From positions 2,144,001 to 2,208,000 of the forward strand of contig OZ245002.1 in NCBI GenBank assembly GCA_965223415.1: a stretch of DNA of 64,000 bases. Direction: 5' to 3'. The translations under genes were made by a program, and so were the position numbers. Below, in pieces: positions 25,591 to 34,733 of the stretch; position 1 is the first letter of the stretch, and every line of letters begins with the position of its first letter. This DNA is from Myxococcota bacterium (lineage in GTDB: Bacteria; Myxococcota_A; UBA9160; UBA6930). The notes below the pieces were generated by a model. That model was not told the origin of the DNA. It worked only from the letters and a program-made list of their open reading frames with translations, and searched no databases.

Positions 25591-26091
25591 CTACCAGGCT
25601 CGGGTGGCGGGGGTGCCGGGAGCCCGAGAGCGAGCTTCGGGCTGAGGCGGATCCACCCGGAACCACCAGACCTCCACGCGCGCAGCCCAGGAATCGGCTT
25701 CGACGCCATACTTCGCGGCGATGGCGACGCGGAGAGCTTCCACCCGTTCGGGCTCCTCGATGCGCGCGAGCCGGCAGCGGTACACGCGGCCCGCGACGCG
25801 GATGCGCGCCCGCGGGTCGTCCATCGCCAGGTGGGGCCAGCGCTTGCCCGGGTTGAAGAAGTCGGCCGGGACGTGGAGGGCGCCGTCCAGGACGACGGCC
25901 CAGGTGTGCACCGAGCGCGGCTGCTCGCCGCCCACTTCCACCGCGACCCGCTCTTCGGCCGCGGCGAAGTGCCAGCCGCCGCTCGGGTACGGGTGCTCCT
26001 CGCCGTCGAGGCGGCCGCCCGGGAACGGGCCCACTGGCCCACCGCAGGCGAGGGCCGTGGCAACGAGCAAGGCGCCGAAGGTCCGTCCCAT
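25591..26091 (-). CDS. Hypothetical exported/lipoprotein, split-barrel-like
   Basis: LLVATALAC lipobox-like, GPFPGGRL.G, PRSVHTW, DPRARIRVAGRVY, AKY. Confidence 0.65.
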   Translation of the reverse strand: MGRTFGALLVATALACGGPVGPFPGGRLDGEEHPYPSGGWHFAAAEERVAVEVGGEQPRSVHTWAVVLDGALHVPADFFNPGKRWPHLAMDDPRARIRVAGRVYRCRLARIEEPERVEALRVAIAAKYGVEADSWAARVEVWWFRVDPPQPEARSRAPGTPATRAW

Positions 26092-26116
26092 GGATTCGAT
26101 GGTAGACTCGCGCGCG

Positions 26117-27367
26117 ATGGTCGCCCCCCAGGCCCTGGATCAGCTGAATCCCTTCGACCCGGAGCTGCTCCGGGACCCCTGGGACTACTACCGGCGGCTG
26201 CGGGAGGAGGCGCCGGTCCATCGCGATCCGAACACCGGTATCTTCCTCGTATCGAGCTACGCGGCGGTGACCGAGGCCATCGCGGATTGGGAGACCTTCT
26301 CGAACCGCTTCGGTCGCGTGATGGGCGGAGCGGCGATTCCCGACGAGGTCGCCGAGGTCGTCAAGGACGGCTACGCGCCAGTGGACACGATGCTCACGGC
26401 CGACCCGCCGGAGCAGCGGCGCTTTCGCAAGCTCGTGCAGAAGCCCTTCAGCGCGAACCGGGTGGCGCGGCTCGAGCCGCGCATCCAGGCCATCGCCGAC
26501 GAGCTGATCGAACCCTTTTCCGGTGGCGGCCGTATCGATCTCCTCGCCCAATTCGCCCAGCCGCTCTCGCTCACCGTGATCGCCGAGCAGCTCGGCGTGC
26601 CGCGGGAGGACCTGCCGACCTTCCGCAAGTGGAGCGACGGCTTCGTCGCCCAGCTCGGACAGATGGCCGACGTCGCCGGACAGGTCGAGGCGGCGAAGCT
26701 GATCCTCGAGTTCCAGCGCTACTTCGCCGAGCGTCTGGAGGAGCGCCGCCGCGAGCCCCAGGACGACATCATCTCGGGCATCGTGCACGCGCGCGTCGAG
26801 GACGAGCGGCCCCTCGACCTGCCCGAGTGCCTCTCCATCCTCCAGCAGCTCCTCGTCGCCGGCAACGAGACGACGGCGAACGCCGTGACCGAGGGCATCT
26901 GGCTCCTGATTCGGAACCCGGACCAGCTCGCGCTGGTCGAGAGTGATCCTTCGCTGGTTCCCAATCTGGTCGAGGAGGTCCTGCGCCTCACGACGCCCAC
27001 CGCGAACATGTGGCGGGTGACCAACCGTGACGTGACGCTGGGCGGTGTCGACATCCCCAAGGACTCGATGTGCCTGCTCCGCTATGCGGCTGCGAACCGG
27101 GATCCGGCGGTCTTCCCGGACCCCGATCGCATGGACGTCCAGCGCGACAACCTCGACCAGCACATCGCCTTCGGCGCCGGCGTCCACTTCTGCCTGGGCG
27201 CCGCCTTGGCGCGCAAGGAGATGGAGGTGGCCTTCCGCAATCTCCTCGGCCGCTTCCAGGGCTTCCGCCTGGCAACGGGCGCGCCCGAGCCGGTGCACGT
27301 GCCCAATATCCTGCTATGGGGCTTCGAGTCGCTTCCCATCGAGCTCGATCCCCGCGTCGACCCCTGA
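26117..27367 (+). CDS. Cytochrome P450
   Basis: DPPEQRRFR, AGNETT, EEVLR, HIAFGAGVHFCLGAALAR; start chosen after TAGACT -10. Confidence 0.95.
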   Translation: MVAPQALDQLNPFDPELLRDPWDYYRRLREEAPVHRDPNTGIFLVSSYAAVTEAIADWETFSNRFGRVMGGAAIPDEVAEVVKDGYAPVDTMLTADPPEQRRFRKLVQKPFSANRVARLEPRIQAIADELIEPFSGGGRIDLLAQFAQPLSLTVIAEQLGVPREDLPTFRKWSDGFVAQLGQMADVAGQVEAAKLILEFQRYFAERLEERRREPQDDIISGIVHARVEDERPLDLPECLSILQQLLVAGNETTANAVTEGIWLLIRNPDQLALVESDPSLVPNLVEEVLRLTTPTANMWRVTNRDVTLGGVDIPKDSMCLLRYAAANRDPAVFPDPDRMDVQRDNLDQHIAFGAGVHFCLGAALARKEMEVAFRNLLGRFQGFRLATGAPEPVHVPNILLWGFESLPIELDPRVDP

Positions 27368-27391
27368 ACCCCCAACGGAGATTCCCCCGCG

Positions 27392-28006
27392 ATGAAGTTC
27401 TACGACTCGATCGGTCCCAACCCCAAGATGGTCCGCATGTTCGCCGCCGAGAAGGGCTTCGAGCTGCCGAACGTGCAGACGATCGACATCATGGCCGGCG
27501 AGAACCGCAAGCCGCCCTACACGGACAAGAACCCCGGCGGCCAGATGCCGGCCCTCGAGCTCGACGACGGCACGTTGATCGCCGAGACCATCGCCATCTG
27601 CGAGCTGATCGAGGAGCTGAAGCCCGAGCCCGTGCTGATCGGCGCCAGCGCCGAGGAGCGCGCCGAAACCCGCATGTGGGTGCGCCGCGTCGAGTGGAAG
27701 ATCATCGAGCCCCTGACCGGCGGCTTCCGCAACGCCGAGGGCTCGGCGCTCTTCAAGGACCGCATGCGCATCAACCCGGACGCCGCCGATTGGCAGAAGG
27801 CCGTCGCCCAGGACGGCCTCGCCTGGCTCGACGAGCAGCTCGCCGGCCGCACCACGATCGTGCCCGGGCGTTTCAGCCTCGCGGACGTGGCGCTCTTCGC
27901 GATCGCCGAATTTGGCACCCAGGTCGGCCAGGCGATCGATCCGGAGCTGAAGAACGTCTCGGCCTGGTTCGAGGCGACGAAGGAGCGAGCGAGCGCCGGG
28001 GCGTAA
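27392..28006 (+). CDS. Glutathione S-transferase family protein
   Basis: GPNP..VRMF, NPGGQMPALELDDG..AETIAICE, FSLADV. Confidence 0.92.
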   Translation: MKFYDSIGPNPKMVRMFAAEKGFELPNVQTIDIMAGENRKPPYTDKNPGGQMPALELDDGTLIAETIAICELIEELKPEPVLIGASAEERAETRMWVRRVEWKIIEPLTGGFRNAEGSALFKDRMRINPDAADWQKAVAQDGLAWLDEQLAGRTTIVPGRFSLADVALFAIAEFGTQVGQAIDPELKNVSAWFEATKERASAGA

Positions 28007-28039
28007 GGTAGGAGGACCTCACGCCGGGCGGGGTACCTA

Positions 28040-28190
28040 CGCCCGGGTGCGCCTCCACGCCAGCAGCGCCCAGCCGCAGAAGCCAGGCGAGGCCCGCCTC
28101 GGGCACCGTCACGTTGACGAAGCTGTTCGCGATCGCACCGACTTTGTCCGTGGTGCGGGCCTCGACCAGGGAGTCACCGCGTTCCCGGGT
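28040..28190 (-). pseudogene. Possible remnant of a PEP-CTERM-type surface protein 3' end
   Basis: Minus frame reads GDSLVEARTTDKVGAIANSFVNVTVPEAGLAWLLRLGAAG with no upstream start. Confidence 0.35.
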
Positions 28191-28241
28191 TGTGGGCGCT
28201 CCGGCGGAGGCGCATTCGAGCCTAGGGAGGCGCCTCGTGGG

Positions 28242-28270
28242 TTGACAGAATAAATTTATTGCGTCAATTT
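28242..28270 (+). promoter_or_regulatory. Palindromic operator overlapping a sigma70-type promoter of the TetR operon
   Basis: TTGACagAATAAATTTATTgcGTCAA (22/26 palindromic); TTGACA-N17-CAATTT, ATG 7 nt later. Confidence 0.75.
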
Positions 28271-28277
28271 ACCCCCC

Positions 28278-28877
28278 ATGCCCCGCAACCTGTCCAGCGA
28301 AGAGGTCGAGGCCTTCCGCGAGCGGCTCCGCGTCGTGGCGGAGCGCCAGTTCGCCCAGCGGGGCTTCGAAGGCGTCAGCCTGCGGACGATCACCGAGGAG
28401 CTCGGCTGCAGCCGGATGACGCCCTACCGCTACTTCGCGGACAAGGCGGCCATCTTCGCCGCCGTCCGCGCCTTGGCCTACGAGCGCTTCGCCGCCGCCC
28501 AGGAGAAGGCGGCCGCCGACGCCAGCGAGCCCGCTGGCCGGCTCGGCGCCCTCGGCCGCGCCTACGTGGCCTTCGCCGTCGCCGAGCCCCACGCTTACCG
28601 GTTGATGTTCGAGCTGGCCCAGCCCGATCCGGACGAGCATCCCGAGCTGCGTGAGGCGGAGGCCCGGGCCTGGGCACCGATTCGCGACGGCATGCAGGCC
28701 GCCGTCGACGCCGGCCTGCTCGACGGCGATCCGAACGTCCTTGCCCATGCGTTCTGGGGAGGCGTGCACGGGATCGTGTCGCTCCACCTGGCCGGCAAGC
28801 TCGCCCACGGAGCGAGCATCGACGACGTCGCCGAGCCGATGCTCATGCTCCTCTTCCGCGGAGCGCTCCCCGCCTGA
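28278..28877 (+). CDS. TetR family regulator (WHG-type C-terminus)
   Basis: GFEGVSLRTI..LGCSRMTPYRYFADK; AYRLMF; WGGVHGIVSL. Confidence 0.93.
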   Translation: MPRNLSSEEVEAFRERLRVVAERQFAQRGFEGVSLRTITEELGCSRMTPYRYFADKAAIFAAVRALAYERFAAAQEKAAADASEPAGRLGALGRAYVAFAVAEPHAYRLMFELAQPDPDEHPELREAEARAWAPIRDGMQAAVDAGLLDGDPNVLAHAFWGGVHGIVSLHLAGKLAHGASIDDVAEPMLMLLFRGALPA

Positions 28878-28907
28878 ACCTCTCCGCGCGCCCGCCCGGA
28901 GAACACC

Positions 28908-30446
28908 ATGACCCCGAAGACCCCGCTCGACTCGGACTGGGACGCGATCGTGATCGGCGCCGGCCTGGGCGGCCTCAGCGCCGCCACGCGGCTGGCGCGT
29001 ACCGGCCTGCGGGTGCTCGTGCTCGAGCAGCACGTGTTCGCCGGCGGCTACGCCCACCACTTCCTGCGCCGGGTGCGGGGCACGAAGATCGTCTACGACT
29101 TCGACGTCGCGCTCCACCAGACCGGCGACCTGCTGCCCGGCCGGTCGGTGCACCAGATGCTGACCGAGCTGGACGTGCTGCCGCGCATTCGCCTGAACCG
29201 CTTCGACGTCGCCTACCGGAGCCGGGGCCCCCGGCACGACCTCCAGATCCCCGCCGCCGCCGACGACTACGAGGCGCTGCTGGTGGAGCTCTACCCGGAA
29301 CAGGCGAAGGGCGTGCGCGATCTCTTCCAGCACCTGCGCGAGATCGACGAGCTCGGCGAGGGCGGCGCGCCCAGCGAGGCCGCCCTCGGCGTGTTCGACC
29401 TCTCCCTGAAGCAGCTCCTCGACCAGCACACGGACGACGAGCGGATCCAGGGGATCTTCTCGACGCTGTGGGGCTACCTCGGGCTGGTCCCGTCCCAGGT
29501 CTCGGCCTTCCTCTACGCGCGCATGTGGTCGAGCTTCCACTTCGGCGGCTGCTTCTACGTGAAGGGCGGCGGCCAGGCCCTCTCGGACGCCTTCGTCTCG
29601 GTGATCGAGGAGAACCGGGGGAAGGTCGTCCTGCGCGCCGAGGTGGCCGGCATCGAGACCACCGATGGGCGCGTGACCGGTGTGGAGACCAGGAAGGGCC
29701 AGCGCTTCCGCGCGCCCGTGGTCGTCAGCAACGCCGCGGCACCGCTCACCTACCATCAGCTCCTCGACCCGCCCGAGCTCGCCCACGCCGAGCTCGAGAG
29801 GGTGGACGGCCTGCCCATCGCCTGCTCGATCCATCAGGCCTACGTGGGCATCCGCGGCGACGCCACCAAGCTCGGGCTGCGGGACCGCGGTGCCTTCTTC
29901 AACACGACCTACGACTTCGAGGAAGAGCGCGAGGCCATGGAGAAGGGCGACTACCGCCGCCAGGGCTGGCTGCTCGGCAACCACGACATCGCCGACCCGG
30001 GCCACGCGCCGGAGGGCCGCTCGATCCTCCACGCTGCGCTGATGGCCGACGGTCGCCTCTGGCAAACGGACGGCGAGCAGGCCTACCGCGAGCGCAAGCG
30101 CGAGCTCGAGGCCTACCTGGTGGAGCGCCTCGCCGAGGCCATCCCGGACGTGCGCGAGCGCATCGAGGTGATCGAGACCGGCACGCCCCACACCATGGAG
30201 CGCTACTCCTCCAACCCGGAGGGCTCGATCTACGGCTACGCCTCGACGCCGGCCGCCCACAGCGTGCACCGGCCCGAGGCGCGGAGCTCCGTTCCCGGCC
30301 TCTACCTGGCCGGCGCCTGGACGTTCCCCGGGCCCGGCTTCTCGGGCACGATGCACTCGGGCCACCGCACCGCGGGCCTGGTGATCGAGGACTTCGAGGG
30401 CCGCAGCGCCGACGCGGCGGCCGGCCGCCGCGGGGACGAGGAATGA
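28908..30446 (+). CDS. Phytoene desaturase/retinol saturase family FAD oxidoreductase
   Basis: IGAGLGGL, VKGGGQALSDA, VVSNA, GTPHTMERY..GSIYG, GLYLAGAWTFPGPG. Confidence 0.9.
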   Translation: MTPKTPLDSDWDAIVIGAGLGGLSAATRLARTGLRVLVLEQHVFAGGYAHHFLRRVRGTKIVYDFDVALHQTGDLLPGRSVHQMLTELDVLPRIRLNRFDVAYRSRGPRHDLQIPAAADDYEALLVELYPEQAKGVRDLFQHLREIDELGEGGAPSEAALGVFDLSLKQLLDQHTDDERIQGIFSTLWGYLGLVPSQVSAFLYARMWSSFHFGGCFYVKGGGQALSDAFVSVIEENRGKVVLRAEVAGIETTDGRVTGVETRKGQRFRAPVVVSNAAAPLTYHQLLDPPELAHAELERVDGLPIACSIHQAYVGIRGDATKLGLRDRGAFFNTTYDFEEEREAMEKGDYRRQGWLLGNHDIADPGHAPEGRSILHAALMADGRLWQTDGEQAYRERKRELEAYLVERLAEAIPDVRERIEVIETGTPHTMERYSSNPEGSIYGYASTPAAHSVHRPEARSSVPGLYLAGAWTFPGPGFSGTMHSGHRTAGLVIEDFEGRSADAAAGRRGDEE

Positions 30447-31732
30447 GCGGGCGCCCGGGCTGGTACCGTCTCACCTGGTTCCTGGGTCGTCCGCCGGAGC
30501 TCACCGATCGCCAGTGGAAGGTGCTCGGGCTGGTTGCGATCGTCTCCCTCTTCGAGCAGTACGATCTCTATCTCTTCCAGTTGAACCTGAAGCAGATCCA
30601 GGCGGACCTGGCGATCGCCGAGGGAAGCCTGGGCCTGCTCGGCTCGGCGGTCCGCGCCGGCGCACTGCTGGCCATTCCGATCACCCTCGCGGCGGATCGT
30701 CTCGGGCGACGTCGGCTGCTGCTCGCGACGGTCGTCGCCTACACACTGCTGACGGGCGCCACCGCCCTGGCGCCAAACATGGCCACCTTCGTCGTGCTCC
30801 AGTTCCTGGCACGGGCCTTCGCCATCGCCGAGACGCTGATCGCAGTGGTGGTGATCGCCGAGGAGTTCCCGCCGGCCCACCGCGGCTGGGGGATCGGCGC
30901 GTTGGGCGCGATCCAGGCCTGTGGCGCTGGCCTCGCTGGCGCCGCCTTCGGCTTCGTCGATCTCCTGCCCCACGGCTGGCGGGATCTCTACCTCGTCGGC
31001 CTGGTTCCGCTGGGCTTCGTCGCCTACTGGCGCCGCACGCTGCCGGAGACCGAACGCTTCCAGGAGGTTCAGCGCCGCCGATCGGAAACGGAGGAGCAGG
31101 CGACGCTTTCCATCGCACCGATGCTGCAGCTGCTGCGCGACCATCCGGTGCGTCTCTGGACCCTGATGATCGCCGTGCTCGCCCTGGGCATCGCGATGAG
31201 CCCCGCCGGCTTCTTCGCACCCAAGTACCTCCAGGACGTGCACGGCTGGACCCCCGCCGCTGTGGCCACGCTGACGGTGCTCGGCGGGATGTTCGGCATC
31301 ATCGGCAACCCCCTCGCGGGATGGCTCAGCGACCGGCACGGCCGCCGCCCCGTGGCCAGCCTGTTCGCCACCGGGTTCGCCGTCGTCACTCTCGCCTTCT
31401 ACGGCCTCATGGGTCTGCTGGTCCCTGCGCTCTGGATCCCGCTCATCTTCTGCATGATGGGCACCCAGGTCACGCTGGCCGCCTTCGGCGCCGAGCTCTT
31501 TCCCACGGCCCAGCGCTCCACCGCCTCCGGCCTGCGGGCGGGGGCCGTGGAGGTCGGCGGAATGGCCGGACTGGCGGCGGTGTCGGTGCTGTTCGTGAGC
31601 CTGGGATCGAACTGGGCTGCGGTCATGGTGCTGGCCGGAGCGGTCCTGGTCGTGCCGGTCGTCGTCTGGATCGCCTTCCCGGAGACAGCGCGTCGCACCC
31701 TCGAGGAGATCACGCCGGACGCGCCGAGCTGA
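30443..31732 (+). CDS. MFS transporter
   Basis: ADRLGRRR, EEFPPAHRG, SDRHGRRP, ELFPTAQRS, PETARRTLEEI; 12 TM pattern. Confidence 0.93.
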   Translation: MSGRPGWYRLTWFLGRPPELTDRQWKVLGLVAIVSLFEQYDLYLFQLNLKQIQADLAIAEGSLGLLGSAVRAGALLAIPITLAADRLGRRRLLLATVVAYTLLTGATALAPNMATFVVLQFLARAFAIAETLIAVVVIAEEFPPAHRGWGIGALGAIQACGAGLAGAAFGFVDLLPHGWRDLYLVGLVPLGFVAYWRRTLPETERFQEVQRRRSETEEQATLSIAPMLQLLRDHPVRLWTLMIAVLALGIAMSPAGFFAPKYLQDVHGWTPAAVATLTVLGGMFGIIGNPLAGWLSDRHGRRPVASLFATGFAVVTLAFYGLMGLLVPALWIPLIFCMMGTQVTLAAFGAELFPTAQRSTASGLRAGAVEVGGMAGLAAVSVLFVSLGSNWAAVMVLAGAVLVVPVVVWIAFPETARRTLEEITPDAPS

Positions 31733-31752
31733 GCCGTGATAGGTTCCGGGCC

Positions 31753-32247
31753 GTGGTTCCCCGGCGCGTCGACGCGATCGACTGGTCCACCTGGACGGCC
31801 CAGGACACGGCCACCCTCGTCTTCGTGGTCGACGGCGAGCGCGTGCTCCTGATCCGCAAGAAGCGCGGCCTCGGCGCCGGCAAGATCAACGGGCCCGGCG
31901 GGAAGCTCGAGCCCGGCGAGACCCCCGAGCAGTGCGCCGTCCGCGAGGTGCGCGAGGAGGTGGGCGTCACGCCGAAGGAGCTCGTCCACATGGGCGAGCA
32001 GCGCTTCCAGTTCATCGACGGCTATGCGATCCACGTCCACGTCTACCGGGCCGACGCCCACGAGGGCGAGCCGCGGGAGACCGACGAGGCCGTGCCGTTC
32101 TGGTTCGACGTGGACCGCATCCCCTACCAGGAGATGTGGGAGGACGACGAGCTGTGGCTGCCTCTCGTCTTCGCCGGGACGCGCTTCGACGGATGCTACG
32201 TCTTCGACGACGACCGCATGCTGGACCACGAGCTGGTGATCGGCTGA
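31753..32247 (+). CDS. Nudix hydrolase (8-oxo-dGTP diphosphatase, MTH1-like)
   Basis: KKRGLGAGKINGPGGKLEPGETPEQCAVREVREEVG, IPYQEMWEDDELWLP. Confidence 0.9.
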   Translation: MVPRRVDAIDWSTWTAQDTATLVFVVDGERVLLIRKKRGLGAGKINGPGGKLEPGETPEQCAVREVREEVGVTPKELVHMGEQRFQFIDGYAIHVHVYRADAHEGEPRETDEAVPFWFDVDRIPYQEMWEDDELWLPLVFAGTRFDGCYVFDDDRMLDHELVIG

Positions 32248-32250
32248 CGC

Positions 32251-32661
32251 TCACGCCTCGGGCTGGCGGAACTCCATGTCGTCCATGGTCCAGTAGCCGC
32301 GCAGGTTCGTGAGGAGCCCCTCGTCGTTGACGCGGTAGGTGAAGAGGCCCTTCACCACCGAGGTCATGCCGTTCTCGAAGCTCGTCGTCAATGTCATGAC
32401 GTGGGCCGACTCGCTGCCGGCGGTCCGGGACATCTCCGTGTCGATGCGGATCGTCGCCGGGGCCATCGTGTTGTCGTAGAAGTCCGACACCTCCTGCTTG
32501 CCGCGCAGGCCCTTGCCGGTGGGGTTGGTCGGAGCCACGCCGATCGGATCCTCGATGCAGACGTCGTCGGCCATCAGGGCGAGCCAGCCCTCCTTGTCCT
32601 TGGCCTGGACGCAGCGCCAGGAGCTGCGGGCGGCGATCATCGCGGGGTGGTCTTCGCTCAT
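32251..32661 (-). CDS. NTF2/ketosteroid-isomerase-like protein (Rv0760c-like)
   Basis: SSWRCVQAKDKEGWLALMADDVCIEDPIG..FTYRVN..LRGYW. Confidence 0.88.
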   Translation of the reverse strand: MSEDHPAMIAARSSWRCVQAKDKEGWLALMADDVCIEDPIGVAPTNPTGKGLRGKQEVSDFYDNTMAPATIRIDTEMSRTAGSESAHVMTLTTSFENGMTSVVKGLFTYRVNDEGLLTNLRGYWTMDDMEFRQPEA

Positions 32662-32684
32662 CGTCGTCTCCTCGATCTCGGTCG

Positions 32685-34730
32685 TCACAGGGCGCAGGCG
32701 GCGCGGGCCGCGTCGCTCGTGGCCTTCTGCACGAGGCCCAGGCCCGTGCAGTCTCCCACCGCCTGGGCCGGGACGCCGCGTTCCACCAGGGCATCGTAGA
32801 ACGTCGTGTCCGCCTGCACCGCACCTGCGAGGATCACGGTGTCGGCGAGGATCGGCACCTCGCCGCCGTCGGGGCGGGCGGCGATCAGGGCGCTGGGCGT
32901 GATGCGCGCCACGGCGAGCCCCGTGTTCACCGGCACGCCGGCGCGGTCGAGCCGCTCCAGGTGCTCCATCCTCCGCTTCGGCCCGACCTCCGGTGCCAGC
33001 TCGTCCCCGGGCTCGAGCACGGAGACCCGATGCCGGCGCGCGGCGAGGAACTCGGCCAGCTCGAGAGCGGCCAGATCGCCGCCGACGATCACGACGCGGC
33101 GGCCGAGGGGCGTGCCCAACCGGGTGGCGTGGCGCAGGACCGAGGGCCCGAGCAGGGGCTCGGCAAGGCCGGCGAGGCGGGAGCCCAGGCGCAGCCAGGG
33201 AGAGGCGGTGCCCTCGCCGGAGCCCGCCAGCAGGGCCCGCAGCCGCGCGCCGCTCCAGACGTGGGGCAGGTCGTCGCCGGGCACGGGCGGTGTCACGAGC
33301 CGTCCGCCGGTCGCGACGATCACGGCGTCCGCGCCGCGGCCGGCTACGGCGTCCGCGGTGGCCGGGGTGCCCAGCTCGATCCGCACGCCGAGTCGCTTCA
33401 CCTCGCGTTGCAGGAAGTCGAGGAAAGGCTGGTTCTCCGGGTGCACCGTGCAGGCCAGGCCGAAGGCGCCGCCCAGTCGGCGCGAGCGCTCGAGCAGGGT
33501 GACGTCGTGGCCGCGAGCCGCCGCGACCCGCGCCGCCTCCAGGCCACCGGGGCCGCCGCCGATCACGAGGACGCGCTTGGGCTCCGCGGCGGGTGTGAGG
33601 GAGAGCTCGCGCTCGCGACCGGTCAGCGGATTGACGGCGCAATCCATCGAGAGCCGGGTCTCCATCGCGTCGATGCAGTTCTGGCAGGAGATGCAGCGGC
33701 GGATCTCGGCGAGGCGTCCGGACCGGGCCTTGGCGGGGAGCTCCGGGTCGGCGAGCAGCGGGCGCCCCATCACGATGAAGTCCGCGCTTCCCTCGGAGAG
33801 GATGCGCTCTGCCCGGACCGGGTCGTGGATGCGGCCCACGACCAGGACCGGCACGTCCACCGCGCGCTTCACCGCGGCGGCCGCGGCGACGTTCAGGCCG
33901 TCCGGATCGTGGGCGCCGTTCACCATGCGCGTCACCAGGCGGTCGATCACGCCGCCGCTCACGTGGAAGGCGTCGACGCCGGCCTCCGCCAGCGCGGGGG
34001 CCAGCCGCGCCGTGTCGTCGCTCGGGCGGCCTCCGGCCACGCGCTCGAAGCCGGAGATGCGCAGGGTCAGCGGAAACTCGCGACCGGTCTCCCGCTTGAT
34101 GACGTCGACGGCCTCGACCACGGCGCGAATGCGCGTCTCCCGCGCCCGGGCCGAGTAGCCGTCCCGCCGCGCGTTGCGCCACGGCGTGACGTACGAGCCC
34201 AGCAGCATGTAGCCGTGGGCTGCGTGGAGCTCGATGCCGTCGTAGCCGGCCTCGCGCACGCGCACGGCGGCGGCGCGGTAGGCGTCGAGGATGGCCCGCC
34301 AGTCCGCTTCGCCGATCTCGCGGGAGGTGGTGCCGGTCAGGTACGACTGGATGGCCGAGGGCCCGAGCGCGTCGATGCCGTGGATCTCCGGGGCCAGGCC
34401 GTCCGGGCCCGCGTGGCAGAGCTGGGGCTGCACCGCGGCGCCCGCCGCGTGGATGCGATCGACCAGCTCCCGGTGGGGTGCCACCACCGCGTCGTCGCCG
34501 AAGTGGAGGGAGTTCGGCACCTCCTTGTGACGGCCGTCCACCGACGAGGCGCCCAGGGTGATCAGTCCGACACCGCCCCGCGCGCGGGCTTCCAAGTAGG
34601 CGATCGTGCGGGCCGAGGGCAGGCCGTCCGGCGTTCCGTACTGGTTCTCCATCGGCGACATGACGAGCCGGTTCCGGAGGGCCAGGCGGCCGATCCGACC
34701 CGGCCGGAAGAGCTCGGTCAGCGCCGCCAA
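32685..34730 (-). CDS. NADH:flavin oxidoreductase (OYE/FadH/BaiCD-H family, 4Fe-4S)
   Basis: NRLVMSPM, ARGGVGLI, ELHAAHGY, CISCQNC..C, IGGGPGGLEAA. Confidence 0.92.
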   Translation of the reverse strand: MAALTELFRPGRIGRLALRNRLVMSPMENQYGTPDGLPSARTIAYLEARARGGVGLITLGASSVDGRHKEVPNSLHFGDDAVVAPHRELVDRIHAAGAAVQPQLCHAGPDGLAPEIHGIDALGPSAIQSYLTGTTSREIGEADWRAILDAYRAAAVRVREAGYDGIELHAAHGYMLLGSYVTPWRNARRDGYSARARETRIRAVVEAVDVIKRETGREFPLTLRISGFERVAGGRPSDDTARLAPALAEAGVDAFHVSGGVIDRLVTRMVNGAHDPDGLNVAAAAAVKRAVDVPVLVVGRIHDPVRAERILSEGSADFIVMGRPLLADPELPAKARSGRLAEIRRCISCQNCIDAMETRLSMDCAVNPLTGRERELSLTPAAEPKRVLVIGGGPGGLEAARVAAARGHDVTLLERSRRLGGAFGLACTVHPENQPFLDFLQREVKRLGVRIELGTPATADAVAGRGADAVIVATGGRLVTPPVPGDDLPHVWSGARLRALLAGSGEGTASPWLRLGSRLAGLAEPLLGPSVLRHATRLGTPLGRRVVIVGGDLAALELAEFLAARRHRVSVLEPGDELAPEVGPKRRMEHLERLDRAGVPVNTGLAVARITPSALIAARPDGGEVPILADTVILAGAVQADTTFYDALVERGVPAQAVGDCTGLGLVQKATSDAARAACAL

Positions 34731-34733
34731 GGC

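Noticed and set aside
28908..30446. Calling this crtI
   Set aside because: Family motifs only; no crtB/crtE context
29468..32247. Apparent long N-terminal extensions/fusions in the ORF track (MFS 29468, Nudix 30514, also 43273, 32251-34182, 57793)
   Set aside because: Extensions overlap neighbouring real genes in another frame; true starts are downstream
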